Assembly (NCBI GenBank): GCA_046563655.1
Contig: CM102290.1
Location: 310,001 to 374,000 of the forward strand
Length of the DNA stretch: 64,000 nucleotides
Source: Yuukianura sp. NJ FZ-2021
Taxonomy: Eukaryota
Direction of reading: 5' to 3'
Shown here: one piece after another, positions 60,273 through 64,000 of the stretch
Layout of the letters: every line of letters begins with the position of its first letter
Numbering within the stretch: position 1 is the first letter of the stretch
Translations under genes and position numbers: made by a program
Notes under the pieces: generated by a model
What the model was told of the DNA's origin: nothing
Databases searched by the model: none
What the model saw: only the letters and a program-made list of their open reading frames with translations

Positions 60273-62664
60273 GTGAGTCTCACTTTTTTCTTCTTCCTCC
60301 TCAAAATCAAATAACATCAACATCGTTTTAGTTACCTAAAGTTTATTTGAGTCTCCCGCTTCGTTCCAGACCCCCCCCCCTCTAGACCCCCCTCCCCCTC
60401 CTAGAGGGGGGGGGGCTAGTGGGTGGAGGGAGAAAGGACAAATGTCTGTTTGCGGAGACTCCACAGCAGCAGCCTTTGTTTTCTCTTTCATTGGACAAAG
60501 ATCCAATTGGGCAGAAGATCTTCTGATGAAATGTAAACAGACCAAGGGAACAAAAGTTCACTCCAAACAACTTCAACCGACTACAAATATCCACTTCAGC
60601 CCTAATTCAACCAATTAGCAACCAACTTCAACAAAGACCGGCCTTAACTCAACCACTTTCTCCAAAGACTTCCAAGGGTTAAGGTTAGGAACGCTAAAAG
60701 TTAGAGTACCAACTCCAAAGAGAGTCAAGAGTGACGTGCATTTTAATTTTTTGGCGGGAAAACTCTTCAGGTTAGACTTTTTTCAAAATTAAGAATATTT
60801 TGAACAAATAGTTCGAAAAACCTACCTTAGCTAACGAAAACCTGAACAGAATTCGGAATTTTTGAAATCTAGAAACAACAACGAAGTGAAATGTCAATGT
60901 TTTCTAGTTTATCAAAAAATGCTCAAACTTCTTTTTAAAAATGTCATAACCTTGCTCATAATTCGTCCCAATTTGTTGCAAAAGTCATTTTTCACTCTAA
61001 AATTCGAACTTTTCAAGTTTTTGACTTTCATGAGGATTTTTTTTAGTGTAAACTCACATTCTAAACTTTCTAAACTTTTTTTTTTAAAAGAGCATACTCC
61101 GTTTGAACACACGCTTTGCAAGTCTCTCTCATGCAGCTTAGCGTCTGTTCCGGTTCTCTGAGTTTTGCTTTCTCCAAGGCCTAAATTTAAACCTCCCGAC
61201 AACAGTCTAGCCCAGTTTTTTGAGTCGGAGTGAAGCTAAATTTGGCGCGAAAGTTTAATTTAATTTGTTGTGGGTCTCGCGCGCTCTTCTACGAAAAGTT
61301 GAACTGGAGTTCACCAGCTTGTTGTACTGCTTTCGTTTTACCATTTTTTCTCTGTTTTGAAAAAAAATCCAGGAAAATTCCGAGTCGAGGAAAACGAGAA
61401 AGTCATAATTGTAAACACTTGGTTTTATGGCCTGCTTCTCTTGTGTGCTTGTTTTCTTCTTTTTTCGATTCCAACAAGATGGTTTTTGTTCGAGCCTTTC
61501 TCAAGTGACCTATTTAGTTCATGTCTTATTTATACTTTTGGCCCAAAGTTTGACCTTTGACCTCTCCCGCTTTCACTTAAGGCCCCTCCTTGACAGCGAC
61601 ATTCCACTTAAGGGCCCCCCAAACAACGACACTACTTAAGGGCCGCCCAAACAACGACATTCGGCCAAAAGAAATTAAAAGAACGGCAGTTACGGCTGGA
61701 CTTAACGACAGTCGCCACACCACCGACGGTCGTTTTTTAACTTTTTCCATTTCAAATAATCCCACCATTTCGTTTTTTTTATAACACACCCCGTGACCTC
61801 TGTTTCAAACTTGTTTGAGGCGGTCACTTACAATTTTATGTTCTTCCACCAAGAAACGACGGAGAAAGTGGTGAAAGTTGAGGATTTTTTCATCTTCCGG
61901 AAAACCATTCCGGTGTGTGTTATTTCTGTTTCCACAAGTCCCCCCCTCCATCCGAACCCCCCCCCTCCTTCTGCTGAGGGGGGGGGGGGTTGAGGTCTGG
62001 TGAGCTGTGATAAGGGTGAAAGTCGTTGGTATGGATGAGCCTTCGTCTTCAATTTGACTTTTCTTAGCCAGTCAACCGTCCAAGGACTCCTCCACTTTCT
62101 CCCCTTCTCAAATATTCTCACCACTTCCAAAAAAAGTCTAAAAAGCCCGAAAAACGGAAAAGTTGGCGTTCTGCTCATCTTTTTCTGAGTCCCGAGCGGG
62201 TGATGATGGTATTCAACAGATTCCCCCCTGCCCAACTCCGTAGTCCAAATATTCTCACCACGAACAAAACGCCTTTACGCTCTCTCAAAATCACATAAAA
62301 ACCACATCACCATCATCTAACATTACCCATGGACTTAGGAAAAGTGTACCATCAGGGACTCCAGTGCTGGAGTAAGGGGGGGGGGCCTTAGAAAGTGTGG
62401 AAGGGCTCTCTGGTGGATCAGAGGAAATGAGATCTCCAACTCACCACCACCATCTTGGCTCAATCACATTTAAACTTCTAACAAACTCAACTTCATCACT
62501 TCCGCTTACTTTCTAACCCAAAAGTTCAGAAGAAGGGGGGGGGTCTAGAACCCCCCCCCCTCTAAGGAGAGAAAAGTCCCATACAGCATAGTTCAAGAAA
62601 AATCCCAGTTCATATCTTCACAGAATTTTTTCGTTATACTTTCTATCTAACGTTGTTCTCTGCT

Positions 62665-62972
62665 GCGATACTTTTTCTCGCAATATTTGGCGATATCTTT
62701 TATTGTGATGTTTGGCGATATTTTTTATTGTGATATCTGGCGATAACTTTTATGAAGATATTTGACGATATTTCTTATTGTGATATCTGGCGATAACTTT
62801 TATGAAGATATTTGACGATATTTCTTATTGTGATATCTGGCGATAACTTTTATGAAGATATTTGGCGATATTTCTTATTGTGAAATCTGGCGATAACTTT
62901 TATGAAGATATTTGGCGATATTTCTTATTATGATATTTGGCGATATTTTTTATGAAGATATTTGCGATATTC
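62665..62972. repeat. Minisatellite, 48-bp higher-order unit made of ~12/24-bp GATAT..GGCGATA subunits
   Basis: GATATCTGGCGATAACTTTTATGAAGATATTTGRCGATATTTCTTATTGT-like unit repeated about 4 times, with degenerate flanks. Confidence 0.9.
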
Positions 62973-64000
62973 GATATAAGTTGTGAAGGCTACTCTTCGT
63001 TCGTTCCGTGGTGGTTTTAGTCGCAAAGTGCAGCTCCCTTGAGGGCCCCCTTGCCTGCAGGGGGTGGGGGGGTGATTTGGGGTGGGGAGGGGGAGCATCT
63101 GGTTTGTGAATAATCGGCGGAGGAAAGAGAGACAAGGGAAGCTGGAAGTGATCTAATTAAGGCACTTCCTTGACACTTTATGGACCATTCCAAAGGCCCC
63201 ATCGTCCCTTGTGCAAGTGAGACACTCGAAGTATCCACGAGGAACAAGACACTCTCAGTCCCTCAATTAATCCACCCTAACAAATGAACAAAAGTGTCAT
63301 AAGAGGCCAAACTCAAACTGCGTAACGCACAACAACCATTTATTTATGAACCAAATCTGAAAGGGTGTCACACCTTGGAAGGCAAACTTAAACCTCTGAT
63401 TAATTACTAACCAACTTACAAATTAATTCAAATCCCTCCAAATTGTTTCAAAAAGTCACAACTTTTACTCAAAAATTCATTTTTTGTGGCAAAAAAAAAA
63501 GAGAAGATTTCTCCTCTTTTGAAAACAGATTTCGTAAAAACTCTTTTTCTTTCTACCTGAAGTGACTGAAGCTTTTGAATTTTTCTTAATGCAGCCTTTT
63601 GTTTTTTGTGTTTTTTTTTTGCCGAAAGAATTAAACTAGAGAAAGTGGTTAAAAAAGTGAAAATTGTAGAGAAAAAAAGTTTGAGTGGAGAAGAAAAAAG
63701 AAGTTAAGGAAGTGATGAGGTTTTTATGTGAAAATGTAGAATGTAATCAACAGAATTTTTATTAGAATTGGACTCTCTCTTCCATTTTCCCGCCAAAAAG
63801 TCATTCCTCTTCATATCTCCCATCTTCAAAAAAAGAGTCTTCTATCATCTCTGTCCAAATTGGTTCTAAATCAAACCTCCAATTGTCATTTCCACCCCAC
63901 CCAGGAAGGGGCGGTGTGAAAAGTTATTTTCATTTTCATGTTATGTTCAAAACCGAAAAAAATTAGTTTGTTGAAGTTGTAATTTAGAGCCTAACTACTC

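Overview
Eukaryotic genomic DNA, AT-rich with GT-AG introns, many only 50-120 bp. It is probably an arthropod or other invertebrate (inference from gene content and intron style). The first 33 kb is compact and holds five spliced genes: the 3' part of a UBR1/UBR2-type N-degron E3 ligase (+), Neuron navigator/sickie/unc-53 (-), RASSF7/8 (+), the SCYL2 pseudokinase (-) and the Graf/ARHGAP26-type BAR-PH-RhoGAP-SH3 gene (+). The remainder is mostly a TMTC2-like O-mannosyltransferase gene (+) with large introns that runs off the window. Non-coding DNA carries several MITE families (hAT-like with 8-bp TSDs, Tc2/pogo-like with TA flanks, a mariner-like foldback), minisatellites, a degenerate tRNA-like element, dispersed Pol III B-boxes and G/C-tract hairpins. 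The most notable unexplained signals are: a cluster of three ecdysone-response-element-like IR1 palindromes (one fused to a DR1) just upstream of a 56-aa small ORF ahead of TMTC2; an in-frame alternative first exon and a 27-nt cassette microexon in the navigator gene; and B-box enrichment in TMTC2 intron 1. No prokaryotic-type system such as CRISPR is supported. Gene models were spliced by eye, family names come from recalled motifs, and no database searches were run.
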